Assembly (NCBI GenBank): GCA_000708835.1
Contig: DF237436.1
Location: forward strand, 1-64,000
Direction: 5' to 3'
DNA length: 64,000 bases
From: Klebsormidium nitens
Taxonomy: Eukaryota > Plantae > Klebsormidiophyceae
Shown piece by piece: positions 11,301 through 23,800 of this stretch. Numbering within the stretch: the stretch's first letter is position 1; each line of letters starts with the position of its first letter. The position numbers and the translations under genes are program-made. Below the pieces are notes generated by a model, which was not told the DNA's origin, ran no database searches, and saw nothing but the letters and a program-made list of their open reading frames with translations.

Positions 11301-14300
11301 TCATCTCGCCTCGCCCATGTTCAACGCGACATGAGCAGTCCGACGTTTTCCCGATGTTCTTCTTATCTCGTCGATCAACCGGTTCCAGTTAGAGCCCGGT
11401 ACGCCCACAAAGTAATCACATTCCACTGAGATAACCAGATTGACGAACGACTGGTCGGTAATGTCCCGGCCCCTCCCGATGCCCCGCATCTCGGAAACTC
11501 GGGGGAGCCCCCGGGTGTATAGGAAATCCCACGAAGGGTAAAGACGCGTCTCGTTGACCACTGTCTCCATCTCCGTGCTCAACCAGATGGTCCTGCAAAC
11601 AAGCACGTATAGACTTCAATCAGCTAAAAAACTTGGTGGTAAAGAAGCCAGTGAGACATCGAGTGACACAAGGGGGCGCCACGTCAGGTGATCAGCCCAA
11701 TCTTGCTTTGAGCGAGTATTGAAGTGCACGAGCAAAGCGCGCGATTACTGCAGGGCGTCAAACGGACAAAAGGTTGCCGGATCGGGTAGAAGGTTGACCG
11801 CGACGGAGAAGAGATTGGCGCATAACAGGTTTCTACAACGAACAGAGATCTATGCCTTGCAGCTCTGCAGAACGTCTTCCGCAACTAAGAAAGGCGGGCG
11901 TCAACCAGATGCTTGGCGCTTGATCACGCTTGAAAATTTTCGTTGCAGGATTGAACGGACGGGATATGGATCCAACAGCACTTTCCTTACCAGAAGTTGA
12001 TCATGCAACTTTTACGCTTGTCTTTCTTTTCAGTCTGATCAACGTTGATCGGCTTGGGCGGCAGGCGGCAGCATTCCGTTAGCAAAGATGCAGCTGTTCT
12101 CTCGTTTTGGGGGGTAATCTGAAAAGGATACTAAGGAAGGTAATCAGAAATTCTTTCTGAATGTTTCATCGCGATGAAAAAGAGAGACGTGAAGCTCACC
12201 TGACGGAAGGGTTGTGCCGCCGTATCCGCTCCGCCATCGCCATAAAGGCGCCGAAGTCGTACAGTTCCATTTCGGCCGCCTTATCCCCCTGCCGCACGTG
12301 CAATGAGATACAAGGCCCCGGCAAGAAGGGCCCCCGCTCATCCGGGCTCCAAAACGTGGTCTCCAATTCGCCTTTCATGAGGCCGCCGTAACTAGAGTCG
12401 GTGAGGATTCTGCTCTGGCGCATTTTGGCGGCAAGCAGGTCACGGGCCACCTGATCAGGGGGAAGCGCGGTAACGGGTTATAGGAGGAGGAAAGGTGAGA
12501 GTTGGGCGCGGGTTTCGGTCTCTTGCTAGACACCTTTACAAGTCATCCTTGGAAAGGAGATCGAGCCTGCTACCATTGCAAGCATTGAATTCTGTTCTTG
12601 TGCATCGCTTCCGATCCTTGGAGCAGGTTCGCTTGCGCGATCACTGGTTGCTTGAGGATGTGGAAGAGTGCGGCACTTACAGAACGTCCACCGAAAACAG
12701 CATGCTTTTTGAAAATATAATGAATAGAAGGACACAACTACAAAGGAGACAGAGTTTCAAGCATAGAACTGAGCTTCCTGGACGAGCTTTTTCTCAGCGA
12801 TACCCTTCGACTCAAGTCTGATTTAGCATGGTGCGGAATCAATGGAGCTTTAGTCCACAGAGCCCGGTCTGGTTCGGGCTGGACGTTATTTGACTCTCAG
12901 AACGACGGAAACATGAAACAAACTTCCCAAAGCACAATTACTCGTCCCCAACAGGCGAGAGAGACTCTGATAGCAGAAGCAGGCGGCCAAGCAAATGTAG
13001 TTCGAACTGTTCAAGAAAGCTTCCGGACAAGCTGTCCATGGTCCTGACTTGTATGCAACGGAGTCGCACACCCAACTGGAAGCGCTCGCTCAAATGCGCA
13101 GCCAACCTCAGACAACATCATACGAGCAGCAAAAACAGAATAGTAAATGCTCACCTGCTTCCCGTACACGCGGTGCCGCTCCCGGTTGGCCAAATGGGAT
13201 CTTGTCATACGAGCATCAATGCAGGAAAGCTTATGCCCACCTGCTTTCCGTATACGCGGTGCCGCTCCCGGTTGGTGAGACGGCACAGATAGCTGCTGGG
13301 CCATCGCAGCAGGTACTTGGTGGCCTGCGCGCGCCACCAGGAAGTGCGCGCGCGCCTCTCGTCCGCGTGGAACAGCTTGCCCTGGTTCTCCAGGGTCAAC
13401 ACCGACTCCTTCAGCCACGGCTGGCCCCAGTTGCTGGGGGCCTGGAAGCACAGCGCACGGGAAGTTCTGGCTGCTGATTATCAGACTGTAGCTTCGGATC
13501 TAGAACATAACCTGACTTTAACTGTGTTACAAGACTGGTTACCGCCAAAGCCTGGTTCTTGGACAAATAACCACTCTCCAAGCATCCCCTAACCAGTTCA
13601 TAACTATCCATGGTTAAGGGTCACAAATTCTGAAGGAGCAGGTGGTACTCTGGATGTTGAACAGCGATTTTGGAAGAACACGAACCGTAAATGGGCAGCG
13701 GAATGCAAAGAGAACATTCCGCAGGATACAGTGGGTCCATAAGTGAAGCCTTTGCGAAGTCAGTGAAAGTCTGTGGATGCAAAAGGTGTCTGCAGTAGCT
13801 CCCTACTCGAATTTTCAGGGGGGTTCGTGACAGGTGCCGCTATGCATTCGCCTGAAACAAGACGAACCAACACTTTAAATGTCGCTCAAGCAGGACTGAC
13901 TTTTCACTTAAAAGCTCGTTCTACGCTTTCCATCCCGTCTATCATCTCGTCGACAAATTTCGCTGCTTACGGGATTGCTCGGTCAGAAGCCACTATCCCA
14001 CGAACAAAACGTCTGCGCCCACCAAATATTTGGGTCAGTTACGGTTATGGTTTGGTTGACAGCAACCTAAACGCATTTTGTGCGCTCACCTGCTCGGTGT
14101 ACAGCCAGTAGTGCGCGTGGTGAAACATTTCCCTGACGAAGTAAACGCGCGCGTCAGAGGCGAGCCCTGTGACTACTTGCTCGCTGCTCGCGTTGTGCGC
14201 GCCGCGGGCCACGGACACTTTGCGCGCAAACAGGTCCAAGCCGACCGTCCTGCAGCGAAGAGAAAAGAGCATTCAGCAACCAAACACAGGAGGTTCGGCT

Positions 14301-17300
14301 CTTAACCAAGGATGGGTCTGGGCTGGTTCTGGGCTGCTTAGAAAGTGGGTTTATCTCCCCGTCAAGCGGACTTGGATGTAAGCAGCCTTGGAACAAGGTC
14401 AAAACCCGGTTACTTGACCGATAACTTTGGAGTCAATTCTAGTAGTTAGCGTGGTTAGCGGCCAGAACTTCCTGTGTGCAAATGGTCGGTCTTCTTCCCT
14501 CTTGAACAGTTTGCAAAGCTTTCCGTTTGGTTCCATCTTTTGAAGACGCCGACGAAGCTTGCCTTCTTGAGAGCAGATGCGAACTGCAGAACTCTCATTG
14601 GAAACTGCCAACGCTGCCTTAGATTCTAGGAGGCTCTCATCTGTAAAAGCGAAAGGAACGATTGCCCTGCTAGCGACCCTGCCCGAGAAAAACCTATACT
14701 TGAAGCAGGAAAATGACCCGCTGTGCCTCAGACGAGATCGTGGATTCCCCACCTGCCTAAGCGCACTCTAAACCACCCCCCTTGTACTAGTAAGCCGTTC
14801 GAGCACGAAGCTGTGCGTAAACGCGGACGTTTTAGTATATTCAAGCCAGAAGCTGCTATCAGCATTAACCAAACCGAGCGGTCTCGATGAAGGAAGCCTT
14901 GTAGAACAATTCAGGCTAGAACAAGGGGGGGTGCCTCATAGTGTCGCTTACCTGCACTCCTCGCTAACGAAGTCAAAAAAGAAGCACGCGAGCGAGTCTT
15001 TTTTCCCCTCCGCCTCGCACCCTTCGTGGCTCGCCGGTTGGTACGTGTGAGGCAGCACCAGCACGCGGTTGTGGATCAGGGCGGCCGCCAGAATAATGGT
15101 CCACCCGTGCAACTGAGAACCCAGCCCGTGCACTTCGACAGTCCACCAGTCAGCCACCAGGAAGCGCAGGTTGGGGTCGTGGCAATCCTGCGGGTTCGGC
15201 AGGATTTAACCGAAGGTTAGTTGCCGGTTAGGATCTTAAACTAAGCTGGGGTTGATCAAAGAGTTGAGGGACCCTAGGAAGGACGTTTGCAGGAGCCTAA
15301 GCGGTTACGAGAGGGCTCGCCAAGAGATGTCTGAGGCGTGAGGAGTTCGTCGAGTGCCCACCTCCAGCTTCGATGCCCAACGCTTGCTTTATCTGACCTA
15401 ATTCCAGCTTTGACGGGTCGTCTGCCTTTGACGTATGACTGGAAGCGAGAATATGAACGGCCAATAGTATAGAGGTTACTTCCTCAGAGAAAACTTGTCC
15501 TTGACAAGTTACTTCCAGAAATGCTCTGCCGTCAATCTTTGATCAATATGCTGTTAGCCGTCTGCTTAACCTTCTGCTGGTTTCCTATCCTGCCCCCGTC
15601 AAGCTACCGTTGAACCAACCGACGCAGCCAAGAAGAACAGAACTCCCATCGGCGTGCAACTCATTGTTGCGGCGTGAAAAATGTGCCCAGTTAAAGCTTT
15701 CCTTACAGCTGGATGCTGATGCGCCCAGATGTCCGCCTGCGCACGCCGTGTTGCTGGGATGTTGTCGATGTCTGCCCCGTACACCCACGGGGGCTGGGAG
15801 GTATTCACACCCCCGTCGCCCTGGCCAAATATGTGCCCGCTGTGCCACAGTGGTAATGCCCCGTCTTCACCCCGGGTCTCCCAGGCTGTACGGTCCGCCG
15901 TCACTTTAGCGCAGTCCTGTAGCGGAACATACGCCTTTCTAGATCTGAGACTTAAGCTAAGAGAGATTGAGACTAAGAAAGACTCAGACTGCATTCTACA
16001 TTCAGATTACCAGGAGCCTCAGCTTCCCAAACCCAGCAAAAAACAGCCCCTCATTGTTCTCAGTACGCCAAAGTTACGGCTTATGAAGGGCTTCCTCACG
16101 GGATCTCCAATTGACAAGGCGCTGCTAATCAGTCAAAATGCGGAATTGCTCAATCAGAAGAACGTTTAAATGTCCGGCTTGGGTTCGGCTTACGAACCCC
16201 CTATGCAGTATCGGTTCAACGAGGCGCTTTAAAAGTATGCGCTCTTACAAGCTACAAGTACGAGCTCAAACGAGCACGGTTCGATTCGAAGGAATTCTAC
16301 TGCGAAAGGAGTTCCGTAACTGGAGAAATCAAATCACAAGGGTTCTGCAGACGGCACTGCCGAAGCTCTCTCCTAGTAAGTGGACTCTGAAAAAAACGGA
16401 GCAATTGGGCGTTGTCTAAAAGAGCACCAGCTAGAGCGGCAATCACATCGACCTACGAAACGGAAAGCTTCTCAATCATCGTGACACTACATGTGCCGCG
16501 AAAGTCGAAGGGAACGTCAAATTTCTCTTTTCGGTCCCAAGCTACTCTTTTCCTAATCCACCTTGCTATCCCGCCAACAGCCTTTACCTGTAAGTGAGGG
16601 GGCGGGAGCATTCCTGGAGACTGTACTGGAGCGCCCTTGAAGTGCAGGTCCTCCACAGCATACGCGCTCGACCATCCCTCCCATAGCTTATCCACTTCCT
16701 CCTCACTAGGGACATTTTCGTCCGTTTCTGCGCTTAGCTTGCGGTCAGGAACCGACTCCTGCGCCTTGGCGAGTCTGGCTTCGACCTGTCATGGAAGATG
16801 CCGTTCGGTTTGCTCTGGTCGACTCCACTAAGGCAAGTATTGGAAGCAAACAGCATTTTAGTGGCTGCTCGCAGATATTGTCTAACAACACTGCCCGCGA
16901 ACATTCTTGGGTGTGGTTCTGCTGTGGGGACTTCTTCTTCTCAATGAAAGGCACAAGCTGATAGAAGCCCCTAACGTTTGAGGTACCAGTTTAGCAACGA
17001 CAAAGAAAGCTCCTTTCCTCGAAAGTCAAAGGCTAGACAGCCAAATGAAACCAGATAGCCGACCTCATCTGCTTAGGAGCTGTCGATCTGTTGATCTTGC
17101 ACTAAACCGCCAGTTTCCTCTCAGTTTCGAATCATAGTAGAGTGCTACCAGGAAACCACTGTCTGCTGCGCCAGTCTGGCAGGGGCAACAGCTTTTCGAG
17201 TGGGCTCCCCAGCCTCTCCTTCTCCTCCGCAGACAGGTTGTACATCCAATCAACAGAAGCGCGGCAAGCCTCGTGGTTCGAAGATGGACAAGTTTGAGGA

Positions 17301-18666
17301 AAGTTGCATGGATTTCTTAAACAGACAGGGACTGTGCGCTTACGCCTGCAAGCGCTTCCTTCCAGCCCGCTGCGGACCCTTCAACCTGCGCCACTATGCG
17401 TGCTGTGAGGTCTCCAAACGCCCCCGCCTTTAGCTCCGTTGTTGCTTCCATTCTTGACAGTTTCTCTGTCAAAGTCGCCAGGGTCGTGTTCACACTGCCC
17501 TCCCGCACCACTGAGACGACCTGCAGAACGGGGGTGGGAAAAAGGACTCGATTGCTGGCAATGTGGAGGGCTCATCATCTGAGGTTCTGCTCTTGTGCAG
17601 TGGTAAGCCCAGAATTGTGTGAACAGTATCAATTGTACAAGACTAAAAGCCTTTTTTCACAAAGCTATATCAATTTTTGAGGTCTCCTACCCACTGTCCA
17701 AAGAGCTCTAGGTGCAGGGTCATACTTTTGGCACCACTCAAGTGGGTCCCTTCACTATATTGATGCAAGACAGCTTGTGATTTCTAGGTCGAGAGCAGAG
17801 AGCATCTTGACGGTATAGCATCTTAAGAAGAAATCTTTTTCCAGAGAATCTTAAGAACAGCATCTTTAGAACCCTGACCATCTTTTATCGTCTTTAGAAG
17901 AGATTATCTGTGGAGCGTCAAGCATTGATGCTACTCTTTACATTCTAGCCCAATTCTGCTTACAATCGGGTCCTTAAGAGACAACCAAATAATGAAAAAA
18001 TAATGTGTGTCTGTTTAGCAAGGCCAGCAAAGTTTCTGGAATTTAGCACTTTCGTCCAAGCTGCAATTCAGTCTTCTAAAGGTGGTAGTAAATTACCAGA
18101 TGGTAGAAGGGAGTACGCACAGATATCTTGTGTGTTCCAAATGGCTTGTAGTGGAATCGCTACAGCTTTGACATTTAATCCTGAAAGTTGTGGTCTGTGT
18201 GCCAAGCTTTGTCTCAGACTTGCCTACGGTTGCTTTCCAGGGGGGACATAAAAGTTGGCTAAGGATCTGTGGCAGTCTGACAACGTTTTCTTGATAGGCC
18301 GAATGTCCTCCCTTCCATTTCAGAAAAGCAGTGACCCGTCGAAGCAGTTCTTCATTCACATAACAGACATCTGCATTCTGGGGTCTTCAGTGCCTTTCAA
18401 AGACTAAGAAGGACCAACAGGTCGTTTAAAGCAGAGAAGAATCTCACCGTCGGACCGGCACAGAACGGCAGCAGCAGGCCAAAGCTGTGGTACAGCTGCT
18501 GAAAAGAGCTGTCAAACGCACTCGACGACATGTTGAGAGATCCGAGGGATTGCAGGATGGAGCTCAGTCCAAAGCCCATCACAAATAAAAGGACCGCTGT
18601 CATGGGCCCAAAGCGCATGCCCCCACCCCCGAGGGGGGGCGCATCCCCTCGCTTGAGGAGCTTCAT
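11301..18666 (-). CDS. GT23 / alpha-1,6-fucosyltransferase-like type II membrane glycosyltransferase (plant At5g28910/At5g28960-type), ~647 aa, 9 exons
   Basis: Exons (minus): 18448-18666, 17344-17520, 16588-16785, 15707-15916, 14952-15187, 14090-14249, 13241-13441, 12200-12450, 11301-11592; total 1944 nt, phases consistent. N-terminal TM (MTAVLLFVMGFGLSSIL); plant-type PPWVYGAD..N.P.TRRAQ.DIW.HQHP.DC; GLGSQLH; WWRAQATKYLLRWP; fucosyltransferase motif I SLHVRQGDK; IWLSTE; C-terminal ECDYFVG..GSNWNRLIDEIRRT.GK. Confidence 0.9.
13143..13290. repeat. Duplicated exon 3' end plus splice donor (86-nt offset) in the GT23 gene
   Basis: ctgctttccgtatacgcggtgccgctcccggttgg (13241-13275, true exon end, donor GTGGGC) vs ctgcttcccgtacacgcggtgccgctcccggttgg (13155-13189, intronic copy, donor GTGAGC). 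Confidence 0.9.
17801..17900. repeat. Degenerate short tandem repeat (core [GC/A]ATCTT[A/T]AGAA) in intron 1 of the GT23 gene
   Basis: agcatcttga, agcatcttaagaa, aaatctttt, gaatcttaagaa, agcatctttagaa, ccatctttt, gtctttagaa at ~11-19 nt spacing. Confidence 0.55.
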
Positions 18667-19845
18667 GCTCGTGCGAGGAGCGCTCCAGGGGAGTGAGGAA
18701 CTGAGTTTACCAACTGCAGTAGAAAATATGCTGCTCTTTCAATTGGGGATGCGCGCAACAACATTCACTGTGGTCTACCTGCACAAAACAGGTCAAGAAA
18801 GACTCAATATTCCAAAACATAATAAATGCAAGAACGAGCCTCTTGCCGGCTGCATGCTTGATGAGCATTTTGCTGATGGGCTTCCAATGTCACCCGCTTT
18901 CCTCACCTTGGTTTTTCTGCAGCGCGCCTTGTTCTGATAGATGCGCAGAGCGGGATTGATCAGGCAACTGTTTCCTTGTCACACTTACAAGGTGTATGGT
19001 CCTGAGTAGTTATGGGGTTCTGGGAGATCACTGCTTAGTCCATGACCATGAAGCTTCAATTCGTGCTGAAGAAACATGGTTCATTGCGTTGCAATGGTGA
19101 GAAATGTCAGCTCGCAAGCAGATATGTACTAGGACACTTGAGCTGCGAGCTGGCAGCTACAGCTTGCAAATAGGTAGGCGCCATGAAGAAAACTGCAGCG
19201 AAGTTGAGATGCACACGTGCTGTGGGCTCTACATCCGGTAGTGCCTAGTCGCTGTGCTCTGTTGCAACTTCCGCATGTCGGGGCCTTTTCCATGGGCGGA
19301 GTACTGGAAGTAAACAAATATTAGTACCTACCAATCATTGCTTTGGCATGCTGCAAAGCTGCGTACCCATACTCGGTACTCGGCAACTTGCAGGTCACAT
19401 GAAACTATCGCCGAGATAGAAGCTGTTACCGGTGTGCGGTAACGGCACCGTGCACAGTCCCACTGGACGGGTGGTCGTGAGCTGAACCTTGCTGAATGCG
19501 AAGAACGGCACCCCACCGGCTGAAAACCGGCTTGCGACGCCGGGAGTCAAGCCTTGTGGAGCAAGCGTGGTGCCCGGGGCTTAAAGCAAAATCACATATT
19601 GTCGATCAATGGATCTTTGAACCCCTATAATTGGTTTGAACCGGGTGGTCAAAGGGCATTCTGTCGAACAAAGACAAACTAGTGATCGATCCGGTTATTT
19701 AATCCGCTCCAGAGTCCGCACCCAAACCAACCCAAATCTATTATTTCTTCCTGGGTAATCGCACCTGCTCCCGGGCATGACCTTATCATCTGCCCGATAT
19801 CTCTAAGATTCCTAGGGCGTCGAAACCGGTGGCCGGCTTGTCCAA

Positions 19846-20098
19846 GTACCGAGCCGGGGGTTGTACCTGTACCTGCGAAAGCGTCGTCAGAGTTTGCGCG
19901 AGTACCTAGATAGCTCAAGCGGCGCTCCATAATGTACCTCTTTGTCGGCCGGTCTGGATACCTTAGTACCTATTGTATTTGAGACCGAGAAATTACCGTA
20001 CTGTAGGTAGGTACCCAGTGCGGCGTGCCGGTCGATCGTACACAATTTAATCAAGGTGTGTCCTTCAATAGGTACGGTACGTACATCCATTTCTGTAC
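19846..20098. promoter_or_regulatory. Dense GTAC cluster (13 copies in 253 bp), candidate SBP-box (CRR1/SPL7-type) binding array
   Basis: GTAC starts at 19846, 19863, 19869, 19902, 19934, 19966, 19998, 20011, 20038, 20072, 20077, 20081, 20095; 6 are GTACCT. Lies between divergently transcribed genes. Counts seen directly; regulatory function inferred. Confidence 0.5.
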
Positions 20099-20790
20099 CT
20101 GACGTGCACGTGGACTAGTGCACTGTCCAGTGACTCAAGTGTCCACTGCAAAACGGGCTTTCTGATGAAAATTTGATGATGTTTCCTGCAGCTCATGTGA
20201 GTTGCATGAGTTGCTGAAGAAAGGTAAAAGTGCACGCATACCTCAGGTCGAAAAAGACGTTATTGATTCTTGAATGATTGATACGAGCAACAGGAATGCA
20301 GCGCTGCAGACATTCAGGTTCATCCGCGGACTCCTCTGCAAGCTGTGTTAAAGCTGGTAGTCCTACCTGAGTCTTGCGCACCTCTTGATCACCGGTGCGC
20401 GTGCATATGCATCTCGTGCAGGCGTTCCTACTTATATAACCTAGTGTATGTCATGAGGTTACACTGTGATTGGCAGAGCCTGAGAAACTAGAGCCAGGAG
20501 CTCGATCAGGGGCTTGCGTAAGGCCTTCAGATTCTCGCCAATATTACGCTGCATCAAACCAAGCTGTGACTGGGGTGGACAGCTTGTCTACAAGATATGC
20601 ATTAAAGTGATCTCCAAAAGTCAGCGGGCTTGTATGCAAGCTTACAATTGCTACAGCTCTAGTACGTATATAGTTAAAGCTGTGGCCAGTGGTGCGGGGG
20701 GGAAAAGAGCAAGAGAGAATCGCTTGGAACTGGACGCATGATGCGCCGATGGGCGTATCTTCAGCATGAACAACGGCAATAATACGAGCC

Positions 20791-20797
20791 TATATAA
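20791..20797 (+). promoter_or_regulatory. TATA box of the SGNH/PC-esterase gene
   Basis: ccTATATAAgg about 50 nt upstream of ATG 20845. Confidence 0.55.
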
Positions 20798-20844
20798 GGA
20801 GGCAGTGAAGTGCGCAGAGAGACAAAACCTTGCCAAAACTCAAG

Positions 20845-23800
20845 ATGCCCTTCTCTCACCTGGCCAAGCATGCCACACTAGGCCAAGTCTTTTCCTTCAC
20901 GTTTCTGTTCGGCCTCGTGCTTGGGTGCCTGTTATCGGCTGTGATTCGTGATGCCGGAATTGAGAGTGGTTTCAGCTTATGTGATACCACAAAGGAAGTG
21001 CTACATTCTCGCCTCCTACTACAACGCACGTTGGAACAACCGACCAAAAAAAGTACAGCTGGCAGCATTGCACAAGTGACAGATGGCAGCAGCAAGGAAG
21101 CTGAGAGCCTTGCCCAGCTCCATCAACAGGTGGAGCTCCTTGAGAAGACCCGAGATCTGGAAGCGAAGGTATTAAGTCTCAAGCAACAGCTGGCAGAAGC
21201 TCTGAAAACAAACGAGAGTCTGACAGCAGTAAGCGGAAGCGAGGCACACACTGGCGTGTTGCCAGGTGTCAGCAGCTTACGAGAAACAGGAGGTGGCACA
21301 GCTGGGCTGGCGGCGAATCCATTACTGAAGGATGCAAAACTACATGGAGGCACTCGAACAGGGGAGCAAGGTGGCGAGATGCCATTGGCTGGGTCCCAGT
21401 GTGGTGCGGCGCAGTTCCGACACCTGGCAGAAGGAATAATGGTAGACGGGCCTTGCGAATGTGTGGTTGGCGTGCTGTGCAGTCTGACCGTCCTTTCAGA
21501 AAACGAGACCTACTGGGATACGCTGAATAAGGAGGCGCAGGAGATTGTACTGTACTTTCTGGGGCCGTCCAGAGCAGTCGCAGAGCTGCAGGCCAATCAT
21601 TTCAGCCCCGCCAGAGCGTCGTGGACGGCTAGCTTCCGGCTGTGGGATGCCGGGGATTACCAGGCTATTATTCTGGGGGGCTGCAACGCAGCGAGCGGTT
21701 TGGAAAAGCTAGCCGATTTTAGCGTCACCATTGTTCCTAGGCAGGGGGGTGGTCAACTGACCCCCTGTAGTTACGGACAGGGTTTCCAGTGGGTCAAGCA
21801 GGGGGAGGACAAGTGGGAGTGGACTAATCACCCGTGCGCCCCACCGGTGGTTCCTGCGGCGGACTACGCATACCTGATGCGGAGGAAGGGTTTCCGGCGG
21901 GTGCTGTTCGTAGGGGACTGCCATCAGCGCGTACTCTATCAGCACCTCAAGAATTTGCTGGGTGCCCCAATTGGGGACGACGACCTCAACAAGCCCAAGC
22001 ACGACATGAAGGAGGTGATCAACGCGGGCGACCCGGAGAGGGAACTGCATCTGCACTTCTACTGGGTAGATGGGTGAGTAAACCCGATGTACACTCAAGC
22101 AAATCTATAATTGTGCAAGCTACAAAAGTGCTGGCAATTGTTAATCTCTTCCGTATATCCTCATTAGACTAAACCAGGGTTGTTTCATGCCCTGTCTCTC
22201 GAGATCTGTGGGACGGCCAGAAGCATAGCGCAGGCCCCACCTCAACTTCTCCCACCCCGACTTGTGTTGCGTCTATATTGCACCACCTTAACGCCTTCGC
22301 CGCAATTTCTTTTCTCTGCTTTCATTTTCATAACTTCCCCGTTGTAATATCCTAGCTCTGCTTTGCTCTTCTCACTCAAACTTGCTTGCAATGGACTGCA
22401 ATTGTGTGGCTGCACGTTTCCAGTCTCGTCAAGATCGAAATGCATCGAGATTGGCTGCAAGAGCTGTTTGGGGAACGAAAAGCCCGGACCCGCTTTTGTT
22501 GTAAAGATGTCGGCACCGTTCGCTGAAGCAGGCCCCTTCAGGACGCTTTGGAGTCATTTTATGAAAGCAACTAGACCGATCTAGCCCAGTAGAGATTCTC
22601 GTGATCAGATGTAAGGTCAGAGCTGGATTTTTCGAGGGCAGGCCTTGTTCGCGCAGGTCTTGTGATGAACTTTGAGTGTCGTGTCTCGTCTAGTTGGTGA
22701 ATGTAGACACTGTGGCTCGTCTGCTCTGGGAGAGTTTATGCTGTAAACGCGCTTCCTTCAGCAGAGGCCAACCTGCAATCCAGGTCATCAAGAATGTTTG
22801 ATCCTGCAGTTGGCCGTGTTTTCCGCATCAAGCAAGCTGGTCCGAGGATGTGAGCACAGATTGAACGCATTGAACATCGCTAGCAAACGGTCAAGACTGC
22901 AATCAATGGCTCCGAGACGTCCATCAATCGTCGGCTCGAACCCAGCCGATACAACAGCTGGCTTTTACCACAAAAGTGCTCCTTTTCCTTTAGTCAAAGA
23001 AAATAGTGAGAACGGACTCCCTGGATCAGATGTGTTGTCATCTTCGATTATCACCTTCAAAAGCCATTCACAATTAGTTTGTCCGTTAAACATTGACGGA
23101 CGTCGCAAGGACACTGGTTCCAACTGGTTCCTCTGATCTGACAATGCAGCCCTCGTTCATGTTTCCTTCTTTGCTGAGGAATCCCCGGACCGCATCCACG
23201 TCGTTCGTGCAGGATTTATGCCAACGGCGAGTTTGGCTGCACCGACCGAGGCATGTACTCCGGGCGAAACGAGACCAACTCGTACCCGCAGATCCAGCCC
23301 GGTAGGTTGTGCTTTCATTACACCACAGGCAGGGCCTGTGGCAACCGCCTGTGGTACTGTCGTACACTGTCTTTAATGTTATACGTTTCTACAATCTGTG
23401 ATGAGCATTTTGACATTCTCCCTCTGCTGGGCAAGTGCTCTCAGGACTCGGACTGCTAACCAAGGATCTGGAGACCCATCTAAACAAAAGAAAACGGAGA
23501 TTACCCATCGGACGTAGGAAGGGTGCATTCTGAATGTAGCTACGATCAGCATGTCGGTTGAGCGAACCTGGCTCACAAGTCCTGCTATTTCTCAGCCTCC
23601 TCGTCTCTGCAGGTGCTGACGTCATCTCGCTCGACGCCGGGCACTGGACGGCCTACTGGTGCACGGACGCGTGGCAGGCGTTCAACAAGCACCTGCCCGC
23701 GTATCTAGACTGGGGGGAAAGTTTACTCAGCCCGCAGAGCCGCCTCGTGTGGCGCACCGCGCCGTCGTGGATGCCCGAGTGCCGCAGGAAGTACGTCACG

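Noticed and set aside
16278-16287. GGTTCGATTC T-loop-like motif suggesting a tRNA
   Set aside because: No acceptor, D or anticodon stems around it.
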